Positions 1 to 9,599 of a stretch of 64,000 nt of DNA are shown piece by piece. Origin of the DNA: Alphaproteobacteria bacterium. GTDB lineage: Bacteria; Pseudomonadota; Alphaproteobacteria; UBA6615. The stretch covers positions 1 to 64,000 of the forward strand of contig CBDHEC010000046.1 in assembly GCA_965261975.1 (NCBI GenBank), in the 5' to 3' direction. Made by a program: the position numbers and the translations under genes. Position 1 is the first letter of the stretch. The number at the start of each line of letters is the position of its first letter. A model generated the notes under the pieces. The model did no database searches. It had not been told where the DNA came from and saw only the letters and a list, made by a program, of their open reading frames with translations.

Positions 1-731
1 TAGTCCACTATCAAAGGACGGTGGTCCGATCCGTGCAACTTTGTTTCGACATGCGCCCGGCGTACGCGAAAGCCGCGCGCTAGAATATGATCGAGATGAA
101 AGCGATAGCGCGGAAAGGTAATGGCCTTCGGGATCGCAGGAACCAGATTATGCCGTGCGCAGAATGCTGCGAGGCGCGCCCGGTCGCTGTCAAATAGATC
201 GCGTGATGACAGACCATAGGCCCAGCCCACCAGAAAATTGAGCCACGGCTTGGACCAGCTGTTCATATCTCCACACAGCAGCAATCGGTCCCCATCGGAC
301 AAATGCGGCGAAAGCGCTTCCAGCTCCCGCGCCCGATACGCAGCGGAGGCCGCCGCTGTCAGATGCACGTTGACGAACCGAAACTTCGTGCCGCCCATCG
401 ACACACGTACAGACAAGGATTGCAGGCACTCCACCCAGGATTCCCGACGCCCGACAACCGACGGGCTGATCTTTCGTTCTCGATTATGGTCAACGACGCG
501 CAGATCGTCGGCAGGATGGCGTGTGAGTATCCCGAGATATGTCATCTCACCGCGTTCGATGAAATCTTGCGCCGTGAACAACTGATAACCCGGAAGCGCT
601 TCGAGCGCCGTGATGTGCGTTTGGGTCAATTCTTGCAGAGCACAAATATCGGCATCACAAGCCACGACATACGCCGCCATCGCTTCCACATCCGGATTGT
701 CGAGAAACACGTTCCAATTCAGTACACGCAT
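1..731 (-). CDS. Endonuclease/exonuclease/phosphatase (EEP) family protein, 3' end runs off the window
   Basis: Not in the ORF track. Manual translation from ATG 731: MRVLNWNV..CALQE..NVHL..CGDMN..LDHIL..GSDHRPLIVD, the EEP motif series; no stop before base 1. Confidence 0.85.
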   Translation of the reverse strand, partial: MRVLNWNVFLDNPDVEAMAAYVVACDADICALQELTQTHITALEALPGYQLFTAQDFIERGEMTYLGILTRHPADDLRVVDHNRERKISPSVVGRRESWVECLQSLSVRVSMGGTKFRFVNVHLTAAASAAYRARELEALSPHLSDGDRLLLCGDMNSWSKPWLNFLVGWAYGLSSRDLFDSDRARLAAFCARHNLVPAIPKAITFPRYRFHLDHILARGFRVRRAHVETKLHGSDHRPLIVD

Positions 732-734
732 CGT

Positions 735-1106
735 TCAGACCAGCAGCAGCAATGCGCCGATCACGGCGAGGTTGGAAAACACGAAAGACAGGTGCAGGTG
801 ACGGCGCAGCGGGTCATCGACGGTCCAGAAGCGATGGAAGATGGCGCTTGCCAGCACCGTGAAGACAATCAGCACGATAGCCCCGGTTCCGGCATGCCAG
901 TCGATTGCAACCATCAACCCCCCGACACCCTGCATGGCGAAACCTGCCCACAAGGTGGCCCGGGGCAGCGGAATGTTCATCGCCGCCATCCGGTCCACAT
1001 GCTGTTGCTCCTTGGTCCCGGCGTTGAGTATCAGCGTGCCCAGAAACAGGGTCGCGATCATCAACTGGCCGACGATTTCAGGCGTCGTATGGTCGGTGTA
1101 GAACAT
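735..1106 (-). CDS. DoxX family membrane protein
   Basis: ATG 1106 just after the upstream stop; about 4 hydrophobic helices; FHRFW..F..NLAVIGALLL DoxX signature. Confidence 0.8.
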   Translation of the reverse strand: MFYTDHTTPEIVGQLMIATLFLGTLILNAGTKEQQHVDRMAAMNIPLPRATLWAGFAMQGVGGLMVAIDWHAGTGAIVLIVFTVLASAIFHRFWTVDDPLRRHLHLSFVFSNLAVIGALLLLV

Positions 1107-1111
1107 GGCGG

Positions 1112-2293
1112 TCACTTCAGATGGGTTTTCGGTTCCACGCCCAGCGCCACCTGGCCATAGGTCGTCGCCGCCACATCCCAGTTCAGTGCGAAGTGCCCGC
1201 TCATGGCGTGCATGTCCCGGAACTTCCGCTGCAGGGCGTTGTCCAGGAAGATTCCCTGGCCGCCCAGCGTGGTGAACAGGCGGTCCACCGCCGCCCGGCA
1301 TTCGCGCACCAGATAGGCCTGGTCACGGCGATTGCGCACACGTTCCAGTTCACCCAGCTCGCGGCCTTCATGCATCGCGGTCATGGCATCGCCCGTATCT
1401 CGCAACATCAGCAGCCGCGCCGCGTCGATCTGCGCCGCCGCCTCGGCGATATGCACCTGGATCGTCTGGTGGGATGCCACCCGCAGCCCGTTGGAGGTCC
1501 GGCCGGCCATCTGTTCCGTCACCCCGTCGAGCAAGCTCTCGGCAATCCCCAGCGCCGGGACCGCCAGCATGAACGGCACGCAGGGCGGGTGGGGCAACCG
1601 GTAGAGCGCCGGCGCATCCGCCTGGCCCCGGGCCTCGCCGCTCGCGCCGGCCAATCGGAACGGCAACGCGCGATAGTCCGGCACGAACGCGGATTCGACA
1701 TGTAAATTCTTGCTGCCGGTCCCGGCCAGCCCCATCACATGCCAATTGTCCTCGATCGCAACCTCGTCGCGGGGCACGACGCAGTAGTTCGGTTCAATCG
1801 CGCCGTCTTCTCCCGTCGGCAACAGGCAACCCAGGATCAGCCAATCGGCGTGATCGCACCCGCTCGACCATTGCCAGCTGCCGGAGACCCGCCAGCCCCC
1901 CTCGGCGCGCTCGTTCCGGCCGCCCGGGGTGAACCCGGCCGAGACGAGCGCATCGGGGTTCTCGCCCCAGACATCATCCGCGGCCCGGGGGTCGAACATG
2001 CCGATCAGAATCTGATGATCCGTATAGACCCCCGCCACCCAGCCGGTGGAACCGCAGCCCCGGGCCAGGCTGGCAACGATGTCGCAGGCCTCGTCAAGGG
2101 GGACTTCGGCCCCGCCGAAGCGCGCCGGCTGGCAGATCCGGTGAAGGCCCGCGGCCTTGAGTTCTGCGATCGTCTCGTCGGGCAGACGACGCAGGGCCTC
2201 CGTTTCCGCCGCGCGGGATGCCAGCGCGGGCTCGAGCGCGGCGGCGCGCGATTTGAGGTCCGACGAGGCCATCGGTGCGGTCGTATCTGGCAT
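1112..2293 (-). CDS. Acyl-CoA dehydrogenase-fold flavin-dependent monooxygenase (HsaA/HpaH-like oxygenase subunit)
   Basis: RRLPDET..QPARFGG, WQWSSGCDHADW, DNWHVMGLAGTGS, LQRKFRDMHA motifs. Confidence 0.85.
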   Translation of the reverse strand: MPDTTAPMASSDLKSRAAALEPALASRAAETEALRRLPDETIAELKAAGLHRICQPARFGGAEVPLDEACDIVASLARGCGSTGWVAGVYTDHQILIGMFDPRAADDVWGENPDALVSAGFTPGGRNERAEGGWRVSGSWQWSSGCDHADWLILGCLLPTGEDGAIEPNYCVVPRDEVAIEDNWHVMGLAGTGSKNLHVESAFVPDYRALPFRLAGASGEARGQADAPALYRLPHPPCVPFMLAVPALGIAESLLDGVTEQMAGRTSNGLRVASHQTIQVHIAEAAAQIDAARLLMLRDTGDAMTAMHEGRELGELERVRNRRDQAYLVRECRAAVDRLFTTLGGQGIFLDNALQRKFRDMHAMSGHFALNWDVAATTYGQVALGVEPKTHLK

Positions 2294-2424
2294 GCTGTGT
2301 CCTGTCCTCGGTAACCCCCAGTGAAGGCGGCACGGCCTGCCCGGTCAAGTGGGTTGAGTCATGTGGATTGGTACGCTCGCCCGGTTCGACTAGACTTGAT
2401 ACCGATGCAAGGGGGAGGCGGATC

Positions 2425-3345
2425 ATGGACGGAACGGTCAGCAATACCGATCAGGCGGAGCCGGAGAGCGTAGAAGCACGCGCGCGCTACTACAGTCCGG
2501 CCAACATCTTCAAGGTCGAACGCCCGCCGATCCCGCAGATGGCCTTCGTCGCCGAGCGCGACCGGGCCATGGCGCCCGACACCCCCACCGGCTGGATCAC
2601 CCTCGATATCGGCAGCCAGATCGGTCTCGACGAACCCGCCACCACGCCGCTCATGCTGGCGCGCTATGGCCGCATTGCGCCGGGCGAGACCCTGACCGGG
2701 TCGTTCCGCGCCAGCGGAGAGTTCTACTTCGTCATTTCCGGCAACGGCCGCGCCCACAAGGAGGGGGAGCATTTCGGCTGGGAGGCCGGCGACGTGTTTT
2801 CCCTGCCTGGCGGCGGCGAGACCCGCCTCGAAGGCGGTGCCAACGGCGCCGTTCTGCTCCTGGTCACCAACGAGCCGGAAATCGCCTTCCATGGGCTTGA
2901 GGCGCCCACGCCGCAGGCCGCCCCCACACAGGCGGTGCGTTATCCGATGGCCGAAATTCTCGCCGAGATGGGACGCGTCCGGTCGGACCAGTCGGCCGAC
3001 CCGAACGCATCGGGCCGCGCCCTGCACCTGACCAGCGAGCGCAACGGCAACGCCGATGCCGCCCACCCGTCGATCAAGCTCGCCATGAACACCCTGGACC
3101 CGCAGAGCGTCCAGCGCCCGCACCGGCACAACTCGGTCGCGCTGACCCTACCGATCGAGGCGGAGAAGGTATATTCGGTAATCGAGGGGAACCGCCTCGA
3201 CTGGCATCAGTACGCGCTGATGATTACACCGCCTGCCGAATTGCACGAGCATCACAACGAAGGCGACACCCCCATGCTCAGCCTGGTCATCCAGGATGGC
3301 GGGCTCTATTTCCGCTGCCGCACCATCGGCTTCAGTTTCGACTAA
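2425..3345 (+). CDS. Bicupin protein, gentisate 1,2-dioxygenase-like
   Basis: GGAGG RBS before ATG 2425; QRPHRHNS and TPP..LHEHHNE cupin metal motifs in the C-terminal cupin. Confidence 0.75.
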   Translation: MDGTVSNTDQAEPESVEARARYYSPANIFKVERPPIPQMAFVAERDRAMAPDTPTGWITLDIGSQIGLDEPATTPLMLARYGRIAPGETLTGSFRASGEFYFVISGNGRAHKEGEHFGWEAGDVFSLPGGGETRLEGGANGAVLLLVTNEPEIAFHGLEAPTPQAAPTQAVRYPMAEILAEMGRVRSDQSADPNASGRALHLTSERNGNADAAHPSIKLAMNTLDPQSVQRPHRHNSVALTLPIEAEKVYSVIEGNRLDWHQYALMITPPAELHEHHNEGDTPMLSLVIQDGGLYFRCRTIGFSFD

Positions 3346-3369
3346 ACCCCGTCCCCAGGAATACCAAAC

Positions 3370-3903
3370 ATGTCCTTATCCCTTCACCGGATCACCGTCC
3401 CGGTCTACGACCAGATGCTCACCAACCTCGACTTCGTCCTCGAGCGGGGAGCGGATTTCGCCCGGGAAACCGGGCTTGCCGAAAGCGAACTGCTGGAGCG
3501 CCGCTTCACGCCCGATATGTTCACCTTGAGCCACCAGGTCGACCGGGCCTGCTTCCATGCCCGTCTCGCCATCGCCAAGCTCGCGGACGTCGCGCCACCG
3601 GCCCTGCCCGAGGCGCTCGCGACGGATGTCGCCGATTTGCGCGCGCGAATCGCCGACACGCTCGGCTTCATTCGCGGTGTCGCGCCGGACGCCATGGACG
3701 GCGATATCGAGCGCGATATAACCATCACCGTAAGGCTCGGCGACCTCACCCTGCCCGCCATCGACTATGTGCAGCAGATCGCCCAGGCCCAGGTGTATTT
3801 CCACTGCACGACCGCCTATGACCTGCTCCGTGCCGCGGGCGTCCAGATCGGCAAGATCGACTTCCTCGGCAAGGTCATGAAAGACGCGTTCGCGGACAAG
3901 TAG
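3370..3903 (+). CDS. DUF1993 (DinB-like) protein
   Basis: PDMFTLSHQV and YFHCTTAYDLLRAAGVQIGKIDFLG motifs. Confidence 0.85.
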   Translation: MSLSLHRITVPVYDQMLTNLDFVLERGADFARETGLAESELLERRFTPDMFTLSHQVDRACFHARLAIAKLADVAPPALPEALATDVADLRARIADTLGFIRGVAPDAMDGDIERDITITVRLGDLTLPAIDYVQQIAQAQVYFHCTTAYDLLRAAGVQIGKIDFLGKVMKDAFADK

Positions 3904-4017
3904 GCGCGGCCTTTCTTTTCCGCCCGGACGGAGCTTGCGCAAGAGATCCGATTGCCTGGTGCCGGCGTATCAGGAATGGGCGGCTACAAGGCCGCACCAT
4001 TCATCCGGGACCCAACC

Positions 4018-4560
4018 ATGCTCCAACGCTACCTTGGACGCGCCGCATTTGCGCTCTGCCTCATCGGCCTCATCGCGGTCGCCCCTGCAACCGCCGACGA
4101 CTTCGAACGCGGCCTGTCGGCCTACAATCGTGCCGAATACAGCGACGCCTTCGAGACATGGCAGAATCTGGCGGCGCTCGGCCATCCGGGTGCGCAGTTC
4201 GGCCTCGGCATCATGTACAGCCTCGGACAAGGTGTCCCGCGCGATCATGGCATCGCCGCCCGCTGGCTCCACATCGCCGCCGCACAAGGCCATCGCGGCG
4301 CCCAGCTTTCGGTCGGACACAGCTACGAACACGGCCTCGGCGTTCCCCAGGACTTCGCCGCCGCCCATCGCTGGTACCTGGCGGCGGCCGAGCAGGGCGA
4401 GGCCAAGGCGCAGAATAATCTGGGCACCATGTATGAGCACGGACGCGGCGTGGCGGCCGACCGTGACCTCGCCCTCTATTGGTACGAGGAGGCGACGCGC
4501 AACGGCAACCGGAACGCCCGGGCCAACCTCGTGCGGCTGAACCGATCCGACAACAGGTAG
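4018..4560 (+). CDS. Secreted Sel1-like repeat protein
   Basis: Signal peptide (..AVAPATA-DD); three AQ..LG..Y..G.GV..D repeats. Confidence 0.85.
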   Translation: MLQRYLGRAAFALCLIGLIAVAPATADDFERGLSAYNRAEYSDAFETWQNLAALGHPGAQFGLGIMYSLGQGVPRDHGIAARWLHIAAAQGHRGAQLSVGHSYEHGLGVPQDFAAAHRWYLAAAEQGEAKAQNNLGTMYEHGRGVAADRDLALYWYEEATRNGNRNARANLVRLNRSDNR

Positions 4561-4569
4561 CGCCGTAAG

Positions 4570-5028
4570 ATGGACGCGCTCCAACCATTGATCTTCGCTG
4601 CCGGGCTGGTCACCGCGGTTCATCCGGCAAACCCCGAGGGGAACTCATGGTCCATGGACAATTATCTCTGGAACAATCGGCCGGTGATCGTCTTCACACC
4701 AGAGGACGAAGACCCTCTGTTGGGCGCCCAGCGCGCCGCCCTCGACCCGGATACAGCGCCCTTCCGCGACCGTGACATGGTTCTGATCGAGGTGGCCGGC
4801 GACAAGGTGACGGTCAACGGCAGGCCCGTCCCCGGGACCGATGCCGACGCACTGCGGGCGCGCTACCGGGTCGACCGCGAAACATCGAGCGCGGTGCTGA
4901 TCGGCAAGGACGGCGGCGTAAAGCTACGCGCCGGGACAGCATTCTCCGCCGCCGAGTTGTTCGACACGATCGATGCGATGCCCATGCGAAACCAAGAAAT
5001 CCGGCAACGCAAGGCCCACCACCGCTAG
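4570..5028 (+). CDS. DUF4174 domain protein
   Basis: W.NRPVIVF, FRDRDMV, LIGKDGGVK, LFDTIDAMPMR.QE motifs. Confidence 0.85.
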   Translation: MDALQPLIFAAGLVTAVHPANPEGNSWSMDNYLWNNRPVIVFTPEDEDPLLGAQRAALDPDTAPFRDRDMVLIEVAGDKVTVNGRPVPGTDADALRARYRVDRETSSAVLIGKDGGVKLRAGTAFSAAELFDTIDAMPMRNQEIRQRKAHHR

Positions 5029-5031
5029 GCG

Positions 5032-5799
5032 TTACCGCCCGCGCAGCATCCGGTCATACATCGCGTAGATGTGCTCCCAGTCCCGATAGGTTGCCTGCTT
5101 GTCGTAGGCGTCGCGGTCGGGAATCGCATAACCGTGCGGCGCACCCGGATGGATGATCTGCGTGTAATCGCAGTCCTGGCCGGCGAACGCCGCCTCGACC
5201 GCCGCGACCGTCTCGGGCGGCGCGTAATGATCGTTCTCACCGATGCCGTTGTAGAACATACCGCGCACCCGCGGCGCCTCCCTGTGGGGGGAATCCCCCT
5301 CCTCGACGAACAACCGGGTGCCGTGGAGGCACGCGCTGGCGACGAAGGTCTCGGGGAATGCACCCGCGACCCGCAGCACATGGCGCCCGCCCATGCAGTA
5401 GCCGACTGACCCGACCGGCCCCGGTTTGACCGCGTCATCCTTGGCCAGGAATTCCATCAGCGAGCCCGTATCCGCCACCGCCATCGGATCGCTCACATGG
5501 GTACGGTAGGCCTGGATCCTCTCCTGGTCTGCCTCGGGCAGGTCCTTCAGGGAGGCGGTCGTGCCGTCCGGGTTGCGATAGTCGAAATGCTCGCCGCCCA
5601 TGCGGTAATAGATGTTCGGCAGCACCACCGTGTAGCCCACGCAGGCAATCTGCCGGGCAATATCGCGCAGCTGCTCGCGCACGCCCCACACATCCATGTA
5701 AAGGATCACCGGCGCGAAAGGCCCCCCCGCTTCGGGATGGGCGATGAAGGTCTCCATCACGCCGTCTTCGGTCGGCACCTGAACGGTTTTCTCACGCAT
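5032..5799 (-). CDS. Dienelactone hydrolase family protein
   Basis: GYCMGG nucleophile elbow, HGYA catalytic His; GGAG RBS before ATG 5799. Confidence 0.88.
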   Translation of the reverse strand: MREKTVQVPTEDGVMETFIAHPEAGGPFAPVILYMDVWGVREQLRDIARQIACVGYTVVLPNIYYRMGGEHFDYRNPDGTTASLKDLPEADQERIQAYRTHVSDPMAVADTGSLMEFLAKDDAVKPGPVGSVGYCMGGRHVLRVAGAFPETFVASACLHGTRLFVEEGDSPHREAPRVRGMFYNGIGENDHYAPPETVAAVEAAFAGQDCDYTQIIHPGAPHGYAIPDRDAYDKQATYRDWEHIYAMYDRMLRGR

Positions 5800-5882
5800 G
5801 CGAAGTCTCCCCAATCACGATCCGGGGCTCATTCTAGGGGGCCGGCGGCAATGTGGCGAGCGGCGCGACGACGCGCGCCGCC

Positions 5883-6752
5883 TCAGTGAGAAATGATCTC
5901 GTCGATCGAACCGGGGAAATTTTCCTCGAGAAAGGCCCGCACCTGCCCCAGGGCTCGCGTTTCGAGCTGGCGCACCCGTTCCTTGGTCACGCCCAGTTCG
6001 CCGGCGATCACCGACAGCGTTTCCTTTTCCTCGCCCAGATAGCGCCGCCGGACGATATAGGCGTCGCGACCCTGCAGATCGTTCAGGGCCAGGTTGAGCC
6101 AGCGCGTGCGCGCCCGCGACGTGTTCGACATCGCCACCGATTCTTCGGTCTGGTCCGCCTCATCCTCAAGCAACTCCATGAGGCTAATCTCCCCGTCATC
6201 GCCCATGGGCATGTCGAGGGACATGTCCTGGCCCCGAATCATGGGCATTAGCGCCTCGACCTCGCGCGCCTCGACGTCCAACTCGTCCGCCGCGGCGTCG
6301 ATCAGAGTCGTACCCGAGGGGTCTTCGCCGGCCTGCTCGATCTTCTTGAGCACACCGCGCAACTCGAAAAACAACTTCTTCCGATTGTGGGACGTGGCGA
6401 AGCGAACGATCGACCAGTTGTCGAGCATGTAGCGCTGGATCGCCGCGCGCACCCACCAGCTCGCATAGGTTCCGAACCGAAACCCTCGGTCGGGGTCGAA
6501 TTTCTGTGCGGCCTGCAGGAGCCCGAACACACCCTCCTGGACGAGGTCCTCCCTGGACAGGCCATAGCGCGCGTATTTTCCCGCAATGGAGGCGACCAGC
6601 CGCAGATAGGCTGAAACGAGCAGATCGAGAGATTCCTGGCTGCCCGTGTCGCGCCAGTCGCGGGCGAGCTCGGTTTCGCGCTCGCGCGAGAGGATGTCTC
6701 CGTCGAAGACATCGCGGAGGATGGTATCGGTGTTGAACCTGTACTGGTCCAT
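5883..6752 (-). CDS. rpoH: RNA polymerase sigma-32 family factor (RpoH2-like paralogue)
   Basis: DLVQEG..GLLQAAQKFDPDRGFRFGTYASWW (region 2), degenerate RpoH box RKKLFFELR, region 4 LGVTKERVRQLE; ATG 6752 has a GGAG RBS. Confidence 0.85.
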   Translation of the reverse strand: MDQYRFNTDTILRDVFDGDILSRERETELARDWRDTGSQESLDLLVSAYLRLVASIAGKYARYGLSREDLVQEGVFGLLQAAQKFDPDRGFRFGTYASWWVRAAIQRYMLDNWSIVRFATSHNRKKLFFELRGVLKKIEQAGEDPSGTTLIDAAADELDVEAREVEALMPMIRGQDMSLDMPMGDDGEISLMELLEDEADQTEESVAMSNTSRARTRWLNLALNDLQGRDAYIVRRRYLGEEKETLSVIAGELGVTKERVRQLETRALGQVRAFLEENFPGSIDEIISH

Positions 6753-6787
6753 GAGGGTCTCCCCGGCCTGCTGTTCGATAACTTCTG

Positions 6788-6813
6788 TACGTTCGCGGAC
6801 GGCAGACGGATTA
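6788..6813 (-). promoter_or_regulatory. Putative RpoE (ECF11)-type promoter of the rpoH paralogue
   Basis: TAATCC-N16-CGTA on the minus strand, 36 bp upstream of the ATG. Confidence 0.65.
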
Positions 6814-6834
6814 ATCACCGGCCCCCATGCATGG

Positions 6835-7566
6835 TCAGGCGGGGATGCGCGTGCCGTCCCAGGCGAACACGCCGCCCGTATCGGCCGTCGTCAAATCATC
6901 CAGCACCCCCAGCAGATGCACGGCGGCGACGTCCGGCGTGAAAAGTTTGTTCGTCGGCACGTTACCCTGGAAGGGAGCCGACAATCCCGTGTCGACCGTT
7001 CCCGGATGCAAGCCAACGCAAAGCGCATCGGGCCAGCGTCTCGCGAGTTCAATCGATAGGCCACGGATCAGCATGTTCAGGGCCGCCTTCGACGCGCGAT
7101 AGGCATACCAGCCGCCGAGTTCGTTATCGGAAATACTCCCCACCCGGGCCGACAGGGCGGCAAACGCGGCCTTCCGGTCCCGCGCCAGCAACGGCAGGAA
7201 ATGCTTGGCGACGAGGGCGGGCCCCATCGCATTCACACGGAACGCCTGCGCAAGATTCTCCGGGTTGAGCGCACGCCAGCTCTTCTCCGGCTGGAGATCG
7301 CCACCGTCATGCAGGCTTCCGGTGGCCACAATCACCAAGTGAAGCACATCCCCACGGGACCGGATGGTCTCCGCCGCAGCTGCGATGGAGGCCTCGTCGG
7401 TCACATCGAGGAGCAGATCCGTCGGGTCGGGTCCCGGGTGGCGAGACAGCGTGAACAGCCGGTTGACTGAGGGCATCTCCGCGAGCCGCGCGCTGACCGC
7501 CGCTCCAATACCGCCGGTCGCACCGACCACCGCAACGTTCAAACCGGACCCGAAACTCTTCAGCAT
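6835..7566 (-). CDS. Short-chain dehydrogenase/reductase, C-factor (CsgA)-like
   Basis: GATGGIG, SARVGSISDN.LGGWYAYRASKAALNM, LHPGTVDT. Confidence 0.9.
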   Translation of the reverse strand: MLKSFGSGLNVAVVGATGGIGAAVSARLAEMPSVNRLFTLSRHPGPDPTDLLLDVTDEASIAAAAETIRSRGDVLHLVIVATGSLHDGGDLQPEKSWRALNPENLAQAFRVNAMGPALVAKHFLPLLARDRKAAFAALSARVGSISDNELGGWYAYRASKAALNMLIRGLSIELARRWPDALCVGLHPGTVDTGLSAPFQGNVPTNKLFTPDVAAVHLLGVLDDLTTADTGGVFAWDGTRIPA

Positions 7567-7576
7567 CTGATTCCTG

Positions 7577-9142
7577 TCATGATCCCAGCCCCCGGCCACC
7601 CTGAAGGCCCGCAAGGAACGCCTCCGCGTCGGCGCGCACCGCCGCCCGCCGAGCGTCGTCGAAACGGTCCCACATCGCATAGGCGCGGCCGAGCCGATGA
7701 TTGCTCTCGAGCTTGTCACGATGACGGTCGAGGAAATTCCAGTAGAGATAGTTGAAGGGGCATGCTTCGTCCCCGGTCTTGTGCGTGACGCTGTATCGAC
7801 ATGCCCCGCAATAATCGGACATCTTGTTGATGTAGTTTCCGCTCGCAGCGTAGGGCTTGGAGGCCAGCAACCCGCCGTCGGCGAACTGGCTCATGCCCAG
7901 CGTGTTGGGCAGCTCGACCCATTCATAGGCATCCGCATAGACCGCCAGGTACCATTCGTGCACCGCGGCCGGCAGCACGCCGGCGAGCATCGCGAAATTG
8001 CCGGTCACCATCAGCCGCTGGATGTGGTGTGCATAGGCCTCCTCGCGGGTTTGGCTTACGCAGGCGCGGATGCAGGCCATCTCCGTATCCGCGCTCCAGT
8101 AGAAGTCCGGCAGCTCGCGGGTATGGCCGAAGAAGTTTTCGTCAGCATAGCCCGGGCCCTCCCGCCAGTAGAAGCCGCGCACAAACTCGCGCCAGCCGAT
8201 GATCTGGCGGATGAACCCTTCCGCCGCATTGAGCGGAATGTCACCGCTGCGATAGGCCGACTCGACGCGGCGACAGACGGCCAGCGGATCGAGCAACCCC
8301 AGATTGAGATGCAACCCGACGAGGCCATGAAACACGAAGGGCTCGTCCGCCGGCATGGCATCTTGGTAGTCGCCGAACGCGGCGAGACGCTGATCAACAA
8401 AGTGCGTGAACGCCTGTTCCGCCTTCTGCCGGGTGACAGCGAACCAGAACGGCTCCAGATCACCAAAGTGATTTTCAAAGTGTAGGGCCACAAGGTCGAG
8501 GACCTCCCGGGTGATCTCGTCCGGGCGCGCGCGGCGCGGCGGAGGAATATCAAGATCCGGCCCAGGCGGCTTACGGTTTTCGGAATCATAATTCCAGCGC
8601 CCGCCAGCGGGCGCGTCGCCGTCCATCAGCAGGCCCGTACGCCGTCGCATCTCACGGTAGAAATTTTCCATCCGCAATTCCTTGCGGCCGTCTGCCCAGC
8701 GTTCAAAATCAGTGTGACTGCATACGAAGCGATCGTCCTCGAGGATGTCCAGCGGCACATCGAGGCGGTTGGCCAGTGCTTCGAACGAGCAAAGAAGACG
8801 CCACTCCCCAGGTTCCGTAAGGCTCACCGCATCGCAGTCGTGGCGATCAAGCGCGCGAACGACCTCGTCAGCCAACGAGCCTGAATTCTCGGGATCGTCC
8901 AGCTTGACATAATCGACCTCCCACCCTGCATCGACGAGCTCACACGCGAAGTGCCGCATCGCCGAAAGAACCAGGACGATCTTCTTCTTGTGATGGCGGA
9001 CATAGGTCGTTTCGTCCCGGGCCTCAACCATCAGCACGATGTCGCGGGCCGGATCGGCCGCGGTCAGGGACGTGAGATTGGGCGCGAGCTGGTCCCCGAG
9101 AACGAGGACCAGCCGGCGCCCGATATTCTGCGTGTTACTCAA
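7577..9142 (-). CDS. FeS-cluster bacterial cryptochrome/(6-4) photolyase (PhrB/CryB class)
   Basis: LVLGDQL, HHKKKI..SAMRHF, YAHHIQRLM, KPYAASGNYINKMSDYCGAC..ACPFN (FeS cysteines); probable TTG start overlaps the upstream stop. Confidence 0.92.
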   Translation of the reverse strand: MSNTQNIGRRLVLVLGDQLAPNLTSLTAADPARDIVLMVEARDETTYVRHHKKKIVLVLSAMRHFACELVDAGWEVDYVKLDDPENSGSLADEVVRALDRHDCDAVSLTEPGEWRLLCSFEALANRLDVPLDILEDDRFVCSHTDFERWADGRKELRMENFYREMRRRTGLLMDGDAPAGGRWNYDSENRKPPGPDLDIPPPRRARPDEITREVLDLVALHFENHFGDLEPFWFAVTRQKAEQAFTHFVDQRLAAFGDYQDAMPADEPFVFHGLVGLHLNLGLLDPLAVCRRVESAYRSGDIPLNAAEGFIRQIIGWREFVRGFYWREGPGYADENFFGHTRELPDFYWSADTEMACIRACVSQTREEAYAHHIQRLMVTGNFAMLAGVLPAAVHEWYLAVYADAYEWVELPNTLGMSQFADGGLLASKPYAASGNYINKMSDYCGACRYSVTHKTGDEACPFNYLYWNFLDRHRDKLESNHRLGRAYAMWDRFDDARRAAVRADAEAFLAGLQGGRGLGS

Positions 9143-9435
9143 GCGCCCCAAACGTCGTCGTAGCGCGCCGTGCCGTCCGACTTCGGGTGGTCACGATAGG
9201 TGGCCCGCTTCGCGGCCGAGTGGAACGTCGCACCGGTCAAGGCGACACCCAGGGCCACTAACACATGCGCGAAGAGCAGCTCTCCGTACCAGAACCAAGC
9301 CCCGGCAGCGGTGCAGAAAATCGTGGTCCACATCGAACTGAGCACCACCATGATCTGGAAGCGTTGCGCGCGCGGCAGATTGTTAAGTGGGTTGCGATCG
9401 GAATCCATGATCGTGCGGTAGAGTTCAAACATCAT
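9139..9435 (-). CDS. Small hypothetical membrane protein (about 98 aa)
   Basis: AAGGAG RBS; two hydrophobic segments; stop overlaps the photolyase start. Confidence 0.8.
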   Translation of the reverse strand: MMFELYRTIMDSDRNPLNNLPRAQRFQIMVVLSSMWTTIFCTAAGAWFWYGELLFAHVLVALGVALTGATFHSAAKRATYRDHPKSDGTARYDDVWGA

Positions 9436-9461
9436 CGTCTCCTTTGTTCTATGAACTTCTC

Positions 9462-9487
9462 TACGCGACGACCCCGAGGCCGGATCA
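9462..9487 (-). promoter_or_regulatory. Putative RpoE (ECF11)-type promoter of the photolyase operon
   Basis: TGATCC-N16-CGTA, matches the RpoE-ChrR consensus. Confidence 0.75.
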
Positions 9488-9538
9488 TTACCTCTCGTTG
9501 CACATGCAGGTCTCACGCACGAGCCATGCGCGGCACGC

Positions 9539-9564
9539 GCATCCGAGGCTTCGGTCGCTGCGTA
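9539..9564 (+). promoter_or_regulatory. Putative divergent RpoE-type promoter
   Basis: GCATCC-N16-CGTA upstream of the small ORF. Confidence 0.55.
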
Positions 9565-9599
9565 TTCAAGTCAACACAAATGCAAGAAGGAGTTTCACG

